Of a stretch of 57,590 nucleotides of DNA, positions 8,789-18,027 are shown one piece after another. The first letter of the stretch is position 1; each line of letters starts with the position of its first letter. The DNA is from Pseudomonadota bacterium (GTDB lineage: Bacteria; Pseudomonadota; Gammaproteobacteria; Ga0077536): assembly GCA_027618655.1 (NCBI GenBank), contig JAQCEL010000004.1, positions 1 to 57,590 of the forward strand. The letters run 5' to 3'. The notes below the pieces were generated by a model. The model was not told where the DNA came from, ran no database searches, and worked only from the letters and a program-made list of their open reading frames with translations. The position numbers were made by a program, and so were the translations under genes.

Positions 8789-10591
8789 ATGATCCATCGT
8801 AGGCGCGGGTTCCGTTTAACACTTACCGCGGGTGCTTGCATGTTACTTTGTTCGTGCAGTTTGCTGCCGAATTCGGCCGCAAAAAAGAAGGCCGCGGAGG
8901 CTGCCGCAGAAACCCCGCGCATTGCAGTCGAAATAGTGGGCGTCGACGGCGCCCTCGCTCGAAATGTGCATGACCATCTATCAGTCACACACAAGCCGTG
9001 TTCCGTGTCGAAAGCCTACCTCGCCGTCCTCGGCAAGCGCGGCGAAGAAGAAGCGCGAGAAGCACTTCGTGCGTTTGGTTACTACGACCCGACGGTGACC
9101 GCCTCGGTCGTTGCAGATTCGAATTGCCCAGTGGCAAGCCTTGTGATCGATGCGGGGCAACGCGTGAAGTTGCATACCGTCGAAGCGGAACTCACTGGCC
9201 CTGGGGAGGCCGACGAGGGGTTTAGCGAAAAACTTAAAGATATTGATCTAACCTCGGGTTCTGGATTGAATCACGGCGACTACTCTAAGGCTAAGCAGTT
9301 ATTCGAGTCGGTTGCTCTGGAGCGTGGCTACCTTGAGGGGAAATTCGTCAAGCACGAGTTAAGGGTTAACCCTGATGCATTACGCGCCGATATCGCGCTG
9401 GTATTCGACACGGGGCCGCGTTACCAATTGGGCGAGGTACGGATCAAACAGGAGCCAGAGTTCCTCGACGAGTCGCTCATCACACGCTTTCTCGAGGGCA
9501 ATGAAGACGCAGCCTATGACGCAAGCCTCGTTAGCAATCACCACCTGGCGTTGTCTAAAAGTAGCTACTTTGAAAGAGTTGACGTGCGCCCACGTCTGTC
9601 AAGTCCCGAGAACGACACGATACCGATTGATATCTCGCTGACACCGCGGGATCGCCATGCACTCGACACCGGGATTGGCGCCTCGACCGATGAAGGGATC
9701 CGCGGGCGCTTTGGCTATCAGAATCGGCGCCTTAACCGATTTGGGCATCAATTTGAGACGATGATAAATGGCTCCTTTATCGAACAAAAGTTATCCGCTG
9801 CGTATCGCTTTCCACGCGCTCACCCGATCGACGAATGGCTGAGCGTACACGCTGGTGTAAGGCGAAGAGAGGTAGATACGTTCACAACCATAGAGACCCA
9901 AATTAGCGTTACCGAGACGAAACGGCGAGCCGGGGGCTGGAAAGAAACCCGCTTTATCGAATTGAATCGTCAGGATTATGCTGTTTCAGCAACCGAGGAC
10001 ACGTCGAACTTCTTGAGTCCAGGCATCAATTGGCGACGTACCGTGACGGACAACGATCTTTTTCCGACGCGTGGCTACGACATTAACGTGGAATTGAAAG
10101 CTGCGTCCGAAGCGATCATCGCGGACACGAGTTTCCTGAGCAGTCTCATTTCGCTTGCCTGGATTCGGGGTCTGCCATGGAATTCGCGGGTACTGCTAAG
10201 AGGTCACTTCGGTGCAATATGGGTCGACGAGTTTCGCGAGTTGCCACCGTCAGAACGTTTTTTTGCCGGCGGGGATAACAGTATTCGAGGCTTTGACATT
10301 GATACAGTCGGCCCGGTTGACGCCGCGAATAAGGTGGTCGGGGGAACCGAACTCGGGGTCGTCAGTGTCGAACTAGAACATTACTTCACCGACACCTGGG
10401 GTGTCGCAATGTTTGCTGATACTGGCAACGCCTTTGGTGGCGACGGCGGTGCGACGGGATTGCAAACGGGGATCGGATTAGGCGTGCGATGGCGCTCACC
10501 CGTCGGGCCGGTGCGTCTCGACATTGCTCATCCGCTTGACGACCCAGATAACAGTTTCCGCATCCATATGCGCATCGGGCCGGATTTCTAA
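8789..10591 (+). CDS. tamA: TamA/Omp85-family outer-membrane protein
   Basis: POTRA region (ALRAFGYY, ERGYLEG, FDTGPRY) and barrel motifs RFFAGGDNSIRGF, GLGVRWRSPVGPVRLDIA, IGPDF; AAGGA RBS before ATG 8789. Confidence 0.93.
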   Translation: MIHRRRGFRLTLTAGACMLLCSCSLLPNSAAKKKAAEAAAETPRIAVEIVGVDGALARNVHDHLSVTHKPCSVSKAYLAVLGKRGEEEAREALRAFGYYDPTVTASVVADSNCPVASLVIDAGQRVKLHTVEAELTGPGEADEGFSEKLKDIDLTSGSGLNHGDYSKAKQLFESVALERGYLEGKFVKHELRVNPDALRADIALVFDTGPRYQLGEVRIKQEPEFLDESLITRFLEGNEDAAYDASLVSNHHLALSKSSYFERVDVRPRLSSPENDTIPIDISLTPRDRHALDTGIGASTDEGIRGRFGYQNRRLNRFGHQFETMINGSFIEQKLSAAYRFPRAHPIDEWLSVHAGVRRREVDTFTTIETQISVTETKRRAGGWKETRFIELNRQDYAVSATEDTSNFLSPGINWRRTVTDNDLFPTRGYDINVELKAASEAIIADTSFLSSLISLAWIRGLPWNSRVLLRGHFGAIWVDEFRELPPSERFFAGGDNSIRGFDIDTVGPVDAANKVVGGTELGVVSVELEHYFTDTWGVAMFADTGNAFGGDGGATGLQTGIGLGVRWRSPVGPVRLDIAHPLDDPDNSFRIHMRIGPDF

Positions 10592-13500
10592 TGCGTGTGC
10601 GTCGTCTCGCGGGGATCATCGCCGGCGCGGTACTCGGGATAGTTGTTTTCGGTGCGCTGACAGTCACGACGATTGTCATGACCGAATTAGGCAGCCGTTG
10701 GGCTATCGTAGTCCTATTCAAACCCTTTGCTCGGCAAATCTCAATCGCGTCAATTAGCGGGCGATTATGGGATCGCCTAGTCCTCGACTCGGTTCGCATG
10801 CAAACCGAACCCGTCAGCGGGAGCATCGAACAAGTAAGGTTCGAGTGGCAGCTCGCCGCACTCTTGTCAGGACAGCTCATCGTCGACAGCGTGGTGTTCG
10901 ACGGCGCAGATTTAATTATCAACGCGCCGCCAAGCGACCCTAATGCAGCGCCACTCAGAACGCTGCCGGCACCGCCGTTGCCCGTTACACTCCAACGGCT
11001 CGACTTCCATCGATTGAACGTTGACCTCGGCCAACGAACACTCGTCGTCGACAAATTCGGATTCAGTGCAATCTGGGACGCTGAACAAATTGTATTACGC
11101 GAATTTGATCTCAATGCTTACGGCCACACTTTTTCGTTGAACGCCGCGGCTTCGATAGGATCAGAGTCAAAGCTTGATGCCAGCGCTGCTTGGTCAGGTG
11201 AACTCGCGGAACAAACTGCCCAAGGCTCGCTCAAGGTGACGGGGCCATTAAGTGAACTCAAGTTCGAATCACTGATCGACGCGCAGGTTTCGGCGTCGGT
11301 GAGCGGCACAGTCGACGCCTTTGCCGACATCCCGAAGTTTTCGTTAACCAGTGCTATCGCGCCCACGGATTTCGCTAACGGAATACACATCGAATCGACA
11401 ACGATTGGCTTAGCCGGGACGTTCGACTCATTGCACACGACCATCGCGACGCAGCTTGATACGCCAGGCACGGATCCTTATGCATTGTCGTTGACGGCCA
11501 ACGTGGCTAACTTGGCCGCCAAAGACGACTCGATTAGCGCCGAGATCGAATGGCAGGCTGTGCCGCAAAATTCGAGCGGCCGAACCTTATCCGGCACAGG
11601 TCATTTTCGATTCGAGGGCGACACGATCTACATCAAGCACTCGAGTCGCAGCCCATACGCCTCCCGTCTCGACGGACACATAGACATCGCCAATCAAGCA
11701 CTCGAACTCGAGCTTAACTGGCACGACATACACCATGGTCTCGCGGATGGACGTTTGCTTGATTCGCATTCGGGAACGGTGCAAGCGAGTGGCGCATTCG
11801 ACGCGCTGCAAGTCGCGTTGCAAACCGCGATGAGTGTGTCTGATCTAGGGCCAGTAGGGATCGACGCGCGCGGGCAGTTAGCGCAACAAAGTTTCAAGCT
11901 CGACACCTTCGAAGCTGTTTTGCTCGGTGGCACGGTCGAATCGAAAGGCAACTTTGCATTCGCCACCAAGCCGAGCTGCGCGCTCAGCTTCAGTGGCAAG
12001 ACGCTCGATTTATCTGCGATACATCCAGCGACACCAAGTCGAATAAATTTTGCTGGCAGTGCAACGTGCGAAAATTCGAGCGCCGGATTTTTATCGCGGG
12101 TCGTTTTGGACGACATGAGTGGATTTGTACGCGGACAAGCGCTTAGCGGTGCTGCGATCGTTGAAACTAAACCTGGTCGCATTACAGTTGAACACGCACG
12201 TATAAGCACGGGACCAAACAAGCTCGAAATCGAAGGCACCTGGGGACAAGAAATTGATGGTCGTTTCGTCATCGATTTACCCGATATTTCGTTACTCGAA
12301 TCCGGGGCTGACGGGCGCCTCGCCGGCTCCGGAACGCTGTCCGGGAGTCTTGAACTACCCAAGATTAAGGCAGAAATCACCGGCACATCTGTGCGTCTAA
12401 ACGACGTATCACTGGGTAGTCTGAACGTGGAAATCGATGTGGACTTAGCGCGCAGCGCTCCCTCGCACGCGGAACTTGCGATCAGCGATTTAATCTACCA
12501 GCGAGAAAAACTCGATGCGCTGAATATTGAGCTGCGAGGGACTGCACAAAACCACACAATCCATTTCGATCTCGACAGCCCGGAACTTAGCGCGGACGGT
12601 TCAGCATTCGGTGCCCTAGCATCAGGTGCTTGGAACGGGTTAATCAATAGCTTCGAATTCAATTCGAGAAAGTTCGGTCAGTGGTCGTTACGGGACCCGA
12701 GCGAAATCACCTTATCGAGGGATGCTAGTTCGCTTGCGAACGCGTGTCTTGAAGCTAAGGAAGGTCTTGCGTGTATAACCGCCGACCGTTCGGCTGCTAA
12801 AGGAAACGCAAAGATTTCGCTATTGGGCTTGCCAGTGGCGCTTGCGAATTATTATTTACCCACGACACTGACATTGGGTGGCAGTACGGATGGTGTGATC
12901 GATGTACACCTAGTCGATGGAAAAACGACCGGCGAGGGCACGCTGAAAATCCGCGACGGTGTGCTGAATCGTGACAATGGTAGCGGCGAAGTCGACACGG
13001 TTCCGATCGATGCGTTCGCACTTGATTTCGAAATTCTCACGGATGTTTTGCACGCAACTGCGTCTGCGGTGGTCGGTCAGTGGTTTTCCCTAACGGCGGG
13101 CGCGGATTGGGAACGCGCAGAGGACGGTAAACTTTCGATTCTAGTCGACGCTAATGCATCGGATATTTCCTGGTTCGAGGATTTCGTTCCGGAATTAAGC
13201 GGCTCCCATGGTGCCCTGGAGCTGCATGCAAAAGTAAGCGGCAACCTTGCCACACCAAGAGTCGATACGAAACTAAAGCTCAGTAGTGGCGCGTTAGTCC
13301 TACCGGACATCGGATTAAATATTGATAGTCTCGCCGTTCAAGTGAACGGCGAGACGAGTGAGGTAGACGTTGACGCAACGATTGGATCAGCCGATCACCA
13401 ATTGAATTTGACCGGGCTAGCATCACGGGTCGGCGATGGCGATTTCCGCTACGATTTGACGCTGCGTGGTGATACCTTCCCCGCTATAAGAACATTAGAA

Positions 13501-14439
13501 GTTGAGGCCGACATTTCGCCTGATCTGCGCCTTCTAGGCGATAGGACATCTCTGGACGTCACCGGAACCCTAAATTTGCCGAAAGTATTGGTCGATATTG
13601 AGAAACTGCCAAATTCGGCAGTTCGCGTGTCAAGCGATCAGATCCTCGTCACAGCCGACGGCACATTAAACAACGCCCAACCGAAGTCTAATTTTGTCAC
13701 AGACGCGCTGAGTGGGAACGTAGATGTCGTGTTGGGCGACTCGATTTCAATTAACGGTTTCGGGCTGACGTCCAAACTGTCGGGAGACTTAAAGTGGACG
13801 AAGAAACGCGCTAGCGCACAAGGTCGTGCTAACGGTGCTATTCGGATCGACGAAGGTGTGTTCAAAGCTTACGGGCAGCACATGGAAATTGAAACCGGAC
13901 GCATTCAATTCGTGGGTCCGATCGACAACCCAGGAATTGCCGTGCAAGCGATACGTCCGGATTTACCCGTCAAAGCGGGTGTGAACGTAAGCGGCACGAT
14001 ACTTCAGCCGAAAATTTCTTTGTTCTCACAACCCGTTCTGTCGGACGGGAATATCCTGTCCTACATCGTAACAGGCCACGGCCTGGAGGGCGCCGCAGCC
14101 AGTGATGCGGGTTTGCTAACTCAAGCTGCATTGAGTCTCGGCGCCGAAGAATCCGCCGCCGCGACCAATCAAATTCGCAATGCCTTTGGTATCGACGAAC
14201 TTTCCGTTGCATCCGGAGAGACTGCAAGAGACACGTCCTTGATAGCAGGCAAGCGTTTGTCGCCTAAGCTAACCGTGCGAACTGGTTTTAATCCGTTTGA
14301 TCAGCTGTGGTCCTTTTTCCTCAACTACAAACTCACGGACCATTGGAGTATTGAGAGCGAATCGGGTAATCGCCAAGGTGCGGACATCCTCTACACCTTC
14401 GAGCGCGAGAAACTATTCAACGGCTCATTATTCGAATAA
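10591..14439 (+). CDS. tamB: TamB translocation and assembly module protein (AsmA-like, DUF490 C-terminus)
   Basis: 1282 aa, N-terminal TM anchor, G.FKAYGQ, GPIDNPGI, LFSQP.LS...ILSYIVTG, GKRLSPKL, GADILY; TAATG coupling to tamA. Confidence 0.93.
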   Translation: MRVRRLAGIIAGAVLGIVVFGALTVTTIVMTELGSRWAIVVLFKPFARQISIASISGRLWDRLVLDSVRMQTEPVSGSIEQVRFEWQLAALLSGQLIVDSVVFDGADLIINAPPSDPNAAPLRTLPAPPLPVTLQRLDFHRLNVDLGQRTLVVDKFGFSAIWDAEQIVLREFDLNAYGHTFSLNAAASIGSESKLDASAAWSGELAEQTAQGSLKVTGPLSELKFESLIDAQVSASVSGTVDAFADIPKFSLTSAIAPTDFANGIHIESTTIGLAGTFDSLHTTIATQLDTPGTDPYALSLTANVANLAAKDDSISAEIEWQAVPQNSSGRTLSGTGHFRFEGDTIYIKHSSRSPYASRLDGHIDIANQALELELNWHDIHHGLADGRLLDSHSGTVQASGAFDALQVALQTAMSVSDLGPVGIDARGQLAQQSFKLDTFEAVLLGGTVESKGNFAFATKPSCALSFSGKTLDLSAIHPATPSRINFAGSATCENSSAGFLSRVVLDDMSGFVRGQALSGAAIVETKPGRITVEHARISTGPNKLEIEGTWGQEIDGRFVIDLPDISLLESGADGRLAGSGTLSGSLELPKIKAEITGTSVRLNDVSLGSLNVEIDVDLARSAPSHAELAISDLIYQREKLDALNIELRGTAQNHTIHFDLDSPELSADGSAFGALASGAWNGLINSFEFNSRKFGQWSLRDPSEITLSRDASSLANACLEAKEGLACITADRSAAKGNAKISLLGLPVALANYYLPTTLTLGGSTDGVIDVHLVDGKTTGEGTLKIRDGVLNRDNGSGEVDTVPIDAFALDFEILTDVLHATASAVVGQWFSLTAGADWERAEDGKLSILVDANASDISWFEDFVPELSGSHGALELHAKVSGNLATPRVDTKLKLSSGALVLPDIGLNIDSLAVQVNGETSEVDVDATIGSADHQLNLTGLASRVGDGDFRYDLTLRGDTFPAIRTLEVEADISPDLRLLGDRTSLDVTGTLNLPKVLVDIEKLPNSAVRVSSDQILVTADGTLNNAQPKSNFVTDALSGNVDVVLGDSISINGFGLTSKLSGDLKWTKKRASAQGRANGAIRIDEGVFKAYGQHMEIETGRIQFVGPIDNPGIAVQAIRPDLPVKAGVNVSGTILQPKISLFSQPVLSDGNILSYIVTGHGLEGAAASDAGLLTQAALSLGAEESAAATNQIRNAFGIDELSVASGETARDTSLIAGKRLSPKLTVRTGFNPFDQLWSFFLNYKLTDHWSIESESGNRQGADILYTFEREKLFNGSLFE

Positions 14440-14852
14440 GCGATAATTTCCTTGCAGGATCCGGCCAGCTCAGCCTTGCGACGGCGCAGGATCCGCGACA
14501 TGCGTTCTCATCGTAGTGTCCCGGATCAATAATTCGACGGTAATCGGGGTCTAAACATGGTTTAACATAGTTTTAGATTTGGTAGGGTAGCAAGGGTCGA
14601 TGTGCCGTACACGGCTGGCAGCGACAGTTCCTGAATAGCGCGATTTTTCGGCGCCTATCCTATAAACTGCCCGGCTAACTGCATACACTCCTATTGCACA
14701 AGGTCTGCCAGACTCCTTGCTTTAAGGTGACTCTAAGTTGCCGAGTTGGGCGGACCCGCGAAAGCATTTTTGGAGTGGATGCCTACGAACGAATTGCCGG
14801 TTATCGTGCCAATCGATAATCTGCATAGACTCACTCACAAAAGGATTAACAC

Positions 14853-15434
14853 ATGACAACAATCTGCCGACGCGGCGCGTGCACGTTAATTGGCCTCACC
14901 GCACTTTGTACCCTCGTTGCCTGTGCGCCAATCGCACCGATTACGGCGACGACGGCCGCTGTAACGAACGATCCGCGAACGACGGGGACAGTGATCGACG
15001 ATGAAGGCATAGAAAGCAAGGTTAACGACATATTCCGAGCCGACCAAGAACTGTCCCAATCTTGCCACACGAATGTCACAAGTTATAACCGACGGGTTCT
15101 GTTAACCGGCGAATGCCCCACAGCCGAAATCGTTGCCAAAGCAGAGAATTACGCTAAGCAAGTAGCGAATGTCAAATCGGTTCACAATGAAATCGCGGTC
15201 GGCGTTCCAAGTACGATTGCTGCCCAATCGGCGGATTCTCTGATTACGACCAAGGTCAAGACGAGATTGTTTTCGATTAAGGACCTCCCAAGTAAGAATG
15301 TGAAAGTCGTGACGGAAGCCGGGGTGGTATTTTTAATGGGAATCATCGACCGGGAATCCGCAGACATTGCGGCGAATCAGGCAGCGTCAACTGGCGGCGT
15401 GGTTCGAGTGGTTAAGCTTTTCGAACACCTGTAA
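14853..15434 (+). CDS. dolP: Dual BON-domain lipoprotein (DolP/YraP-like)
   Basis: Lipobox LVAC, DPRTTGTVIDD, NVTSYNRRVLLTGE, VHNEI, DSLITTKVK, VKVVTEAGVVFLMG, GVVRVVKLFE. Confidence 0.88.
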   Translation: MTTICRRGACTLIGLTALCTLVACAPIAPITATTAAVTNDPRTTGTVIDDEGIESKVNDIFRADQELSQSCHTNVTSYNRRVLLTGECPTAEIVAKAENYAKQVANVKSVHNEIAVGVPSTIAAQSADSLITTKVKTRLFSIKDLPSKNVKVVTEAGVVFLMGIIDRESADIAANQAASTGGVVRVVKLFEHL

Positions 15435-15921
15435 TTTTGACCTCAATGGCGGGCTTGTCGCGTCACCTGACGATAGAGTGGTCTATTCTGGCAATTGATT
15501 AACGCATTCGGGGCCGCAGAGAGGTTCTGATGAGGGTAGCGGAGCGCAATCCTACGTGTTTAGAAGAAGCGTATAAGAAATATAAACGCCGCTTTCTCCA
15601 ATTCCATAAAGTATTCCGAGGGCATCAAACAGCCGTCAATCGATGCTTCGAGTGGGTGATGGCTGTGATCGGGCCTCCGGAGCTGGGAGAAATTCCATGC
15701 TTCGGTGCGATGGAATCATCAGTGAGGCGACGAGATTAGGGATAACCAAAGGCTGTTCTGGGCACTTATGCGACAGTCGCGGCGTAATTTTTGACGCGAT
15801 TGAATGACCGTTGCTGGTGTAAGCAGCCGATCAACTCACTTGCTCACGAATGGGGGCGTTATTACGTCTTGCCGATAACACGGCCTCAAAAAGTCCATCG
15901 ACGATACATTTCAACAAGTTC

Positions 15922-15977
15922 CAAAGGGGACAGATTGAATTGAACGGACACAGCTTCAAATAAATTTGTCCCCTTTG
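15922..15977. repeat. 56-bp inverted repeat (REP/REPIN- or MITE-like element)
   Basis: CAAAGGGGACAGATTGAATTGAA-N10-TTCAAATAAATTTGTCCCCTTTG; 20 of 23 arm positions are complementary. Confidence 0.7.
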
Positions 15978-16049
15978 TCCTATCCAGGTGCTAATCCGCA
16001 ATAAGATTTCTAAGTGTTTACCATTAGAACGTAACGTCTATTCCGACTG

Positions 16050-16601
16050 CTAACCCCAGTACCATCGTTCGAAGCTTAATGTCGTCGTGGCTCGAGCGCG
16101 GCTGCGCGAACTGGCCGGGAACCACGCGAGTTCGCGCGCCACGCCGTCGCGCGATTGCGCCGAGCGTGCGCGAATGCCGCGCAAATTTTCCGCATGAACG
16201 GCAGCGCCGATGGGTTGGCAGACTTCATGCGATACGAGATCGCCGTTCAAATCGAATGGGTAATTTTGATGCAATCCAACTTTCGCCACACCGAGTCGCG
16301 TGTGCACATCGCAAACCGCTTGATTCCCAGGTAGCTTCGCCCCAACAAGCAGCGGGCCTGTATCGGTACGTAAGTCTTCTGGCTCGAACGGCCAACGGGA
16401 AATAAAATTGCGTAAATTTAAACGAGCGGTCACCTGATCCTCGTTTAAATAAAGCGTGGGGTAGCTGTTTTGCGGATTCCAACGACCACCGAATGTTGCT
16501 GCGAAGTCTGGGTCCAATGGGTCGCGCCACTGGCGATCCGCGATGCGCCACCAAATATGTCCATTGGGTAAAAGTTCGCGGACCGGGCGCAACGTCGGCA
16601 A
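16050..16601 (-). CDS. RES-domain protein (putative NAD+-degrading toxin)
   Basis: WWRI, GGRWNP...PTLYL, CQPIG...GIRARSA, ELAWF; starts 3 nt after the antitoxin stop. Confidence 0.82.
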   Translation of the reverse strand: MPTLRPVRELLPNGHIWWRIADRQWRDPLDPDFAATFGGRWNPQNSYPTLYLNEDQVTARLNLRNFISRWPFEPEDLRTDTGPLLVGAKLPGNQAVCDVHTRLGVAKVGLHQNYPFDLNGDLVSHEVCQPIGAAVHAENLRGIRARSAQSRDGVARELAWFPASSRSRARATTTLSFERWYWG

Positions 16602-16604
16602 CCG

Positions 16605-17054
16605 TTATCCGTGCACTTGCTGAAAGTCGAACATTTCGCGGCACGTTGCCAGAATCAATTGCGTATCACCGCGTTCAAGTAGGTCGACCAGCGAAACATT
16701 ATTCTTCGCAGGGATTGGTCGGCGCACAACCGCAGGGATCCGGTCGCGCTTTAGGTAGTGCACGAGCAGATCCGTAGCCGCGGCCAAGTCGCTGATCATT
16801 TCGGCACGATCTGGCGGAGCACCACGCTCAATCCACTTCCCAACCGCTTGCCGACTAATTCCGAGCAGCCGAGCCGTTTCTGCCTGGCTTAAATCCCAAG
16901 TGGACAAAATGCCCGCTAGCACGTGACCGGCGCGATGCCGATCGAGGTGTGCGGAAAACGCATCCAGCCATGCGTGTTCGTCTTTATGCGCTGCGATAAC
17001 TTGTTCGGCAGCCGCGAGCGGATCAGGTTTTAAAATGCCGGATTGTGTAACCAT
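16605..17054 (-). CDS. Xre/MbcA/ParS-like antitoxin with HTH
   Basis: HTH LSQAETARLLGISRQAVGKW; C-terminal VVRRPIPAKNNVSLVDLLERG resembles the Xre toxin-binding domain; AAAGGA RBS before ATG 17054. Confidence 0.8.
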   Translation of the reverse strand: MVTQSGILKPDPLAAAEQVIAAHKDEHAWLDAFSAHLDRHRAGHVLAGILSTWDLSQAETARLLGISRQAVGKWIERGAPPDRAEMISDLAAATDLLVHYLKRDRIPAVVRRPIPAKNNVSLVDLLERGDTQLILATCREMFDFQQVHG

Positions 17055-17073
17055 GAGTTTGCCATCCTTTGCC

Positions 17074-17107
17074 CGCAACCATATGTCAACCGCAACCTAT
17101 TGTCAAC
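17074..17107 (-). promoter_or_regulatory. Sigma70 promoter of the TA operon embedded in a tandem 17-bp repeat (probable operator)
   Basis: Minus strand reads GTTGACAataGGTTGCG GTTGACAtatGGTTGCG, which contains TTGACA-N17-TATGGT. Confidence 0.75.
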
Positions 17108-17179
17108 TTAACGATCAATCTGCGTTTTCGTGCTCTAAGGCGATCTCGCCAGCAACACCCGCCGCCGCTAGACGTTACG

Positions 17180-17920
17180 CTAACAGGCGACGCCCCCATC
17201 GACGATGAACTCGCTGCCCGTGCAATAGGAGCTTTCGTCGGAGGCGAGAAACAAGACAAGTTGCGCTACTTCGTCGGCATGCGCCGCGCGACCGAGCGGA
17301 ATTTTTTTTACCACACGGTCCAATTTTCCAGCCTGGATGTAGGAAAGTTCTTGCATCATGTCGGTATCGATAAGCCCTGGGTGAACTGAGTTCACACGGA
17401 TATTGAATTTCCCAAGCTCTATTGCGGCGACCTTGGTCATGCCGCGAACGGCCCACTTACTCGCGCCGTAGGCGGTCGAATGAGGGTTTCCTTGCAGTCC
17501 AGCGACTGACGAAATGTTGATAATAGAGCCACCGTTGCCAAGCTCTTTCATCGCACGCGCCGCACTTTGCATACCTAGAAATACGCCGACTTGATTAATT
17601 TTAATGACGAGTTCGTATTCCGCTAACGTCGTGTCGATCAGCGGCGCGGCCCGATAGATACCCGCGTTGTTAACTAACACGTCAATTCTTTTGTGCTCTG
17701 CGACCACCTGATTCATCACTGTACGCCACGCGTTTTCGTCGCTCACATCCAGGTGTAAATAGGTCGCGCCGATCTCCTTTGCTGCTGTTTGCCCTAGCTC
17801 GTCGAGCACATCGGTGAGCACCACGACCGCACCTTCGCGAGCTAACAGCGCTGCTTCAGCCTTACCTTGTCCGCGTGCCGCGCCAGTGATCAATGCAATT
17901 TTTCCGTCGAGACGTCCCAT
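17180..17920 (-). CDS. Short-chain dehydrogenase/reductase (3-alpha,20-beta-HSDH-like)
   Basis: TGAARGQG, NNAG, YGASKWAVRGMTK, NSVHPGLIDT. Confidence 0.93.
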   Translation of the reverse strand: MGRLDGKIALITGAARGQGKAEAALLAREGAVVVLTDVLDELGQTAAKEIGATYLHLDVSDENAWRTVMNQVVAEHKRIDVLVNNAGIYRAAPLIDTTLAEYELVIKINQVGVFLGMQSAARAMKELGNGGSIINISSVAGLQGNPHSTAYGASKWAVRGMTKVAAIELGKFNIRVNSVHPGLIDTDMMQELSYIQAGKLDRVVKKIPLGRAAHADEVAQLVLFLASDESSYCTGSEFIVDGGVAC

Positions 17921-18027
17921 GATGATTTACCTTTTGATTAATGAAATTAAGTTTGCGCGATGAGTCGTTAGGATCTGCCAGCAATGATCGCGTCGAGCTC
18001 GGCGATTGCTTGGCGCGCTTCGTCACC

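Noticed and set aside
14551-14590. TTTAACATA resembling the XerD arm of a dif site
   Set aside because: No XerC arm at the 6-nt spacing
15527-15570. CTGATGAG resembling a hammerhead ribozyme core
   Set aside because: No GAAA follows the candidate stem II, and no stems I or III could be formed
15530-15739. 69-aa ORF in the spacer before the TA pair
   Set aside because: No recognisable motif or family-like composition; cannot be supported as a gene, although GAGG lies upstream
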